A stretch of 64,000 nucleotides of DNA. It comes from Dicyema japonicum (lineage: Eukaryota; Animalia; Dicyemida). The DNA lies in NCBI GenBank assembly GCA_011109175.1, contig RDEW01000032.1, positions 465,334 through 529,333 of the forward strand, in the 5' to 3' direction. Every line of letters starts with the position of its first letter. Within the stretch, counting starts at the first letter, position 1. A program made the position numbers and the translations under genes. This document shows positions 63,561 to 64,000 of the stretch, one piece after another. The notes beneath the pieces were generated by a model. It made no database searches, was not told where the DNA came from, and saw nothing but the letters and a program-made list of their open reading frames with translations.

Positions 63561-64000
63561 CTTCATTCATTGCAATTTATGTCTTTGTTGTTTTTTGGGA
63601 TAGTTTGGCCAAAAGTTACATTTTAAATTTAAACAACCACAAGCGAAAGAAAGTCAAATAAATCTATAACTTTAGATTGAGCAACTTGTGGAACTTAAAA
63701 ATGCTAAATTTAGCATTGAGCCTTTTTCAATTGAACCAGTTTTCTGAAATTTTTATTTTAGTCTGAAATATCTAACGGCGAGGAAAGTCAGTCTTGGTGG
63801 GAAAAAGAAGCGACGTCTCTTATTCGGAAATTCAGAAGAAATAAATAATTTTAATATTTAGAATACTTTTGCCGAGGAAGTAAATGTAAAATTTGTATAT
63901 CTACTTTTTAAATTTAAAATCTTTCCGTTAATAGGAGTTCCATCACAAAACCGTTGTCATCAAAGTTACATGAAGGTCACATAGCGATTTTGCCTGTATT

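Overview
AT-rich eukaryotic (metazoan) genomic DNA, not prokaryotic. Most of the window is a mosaic of non-LTR retrotransposon pieces: RTE, Ingi/I-group, CRE and R4 clades. It also holds Gypsy-like relics and a TA-flanked pogo/Tigger DNA transposon (35391-37910) carrying foreign cargo. Host genes are split by ultra-short GT-AG introns of 21-29 nt, so the ORF track misses them. They include an intact secreted C-type lectin (34066-34556, -), an L1CAM/neuroglian-like multi-Ig membrane protein (56812-58602, -) and a LAMP-like membrane protein (28328-29253, +). Disrupted POU, TRIM37-like and TFIIIA-like genes are also present. Introns this short in an animal gene set fit a dicyemid-like parasite (inference only). 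Highlights: the tiny introns; virus-like 2A (StopGo) peptides in front of two Ingi APE domains; a covarying 3'-terminal stem-loop plus GGGTT(AAT)n end shared by many LINE ends; a structured RTE 5' leader; and an RTE 5' UTR fused in front of a transposase remnant. Most frameshifts I examined are 1-2 bp deletions, many in homopolymers, so some apparent pseudogenes may be assembly artefacts. Relic boundaries are approximate. Family calls come from motif recognition by eye, not database searches.
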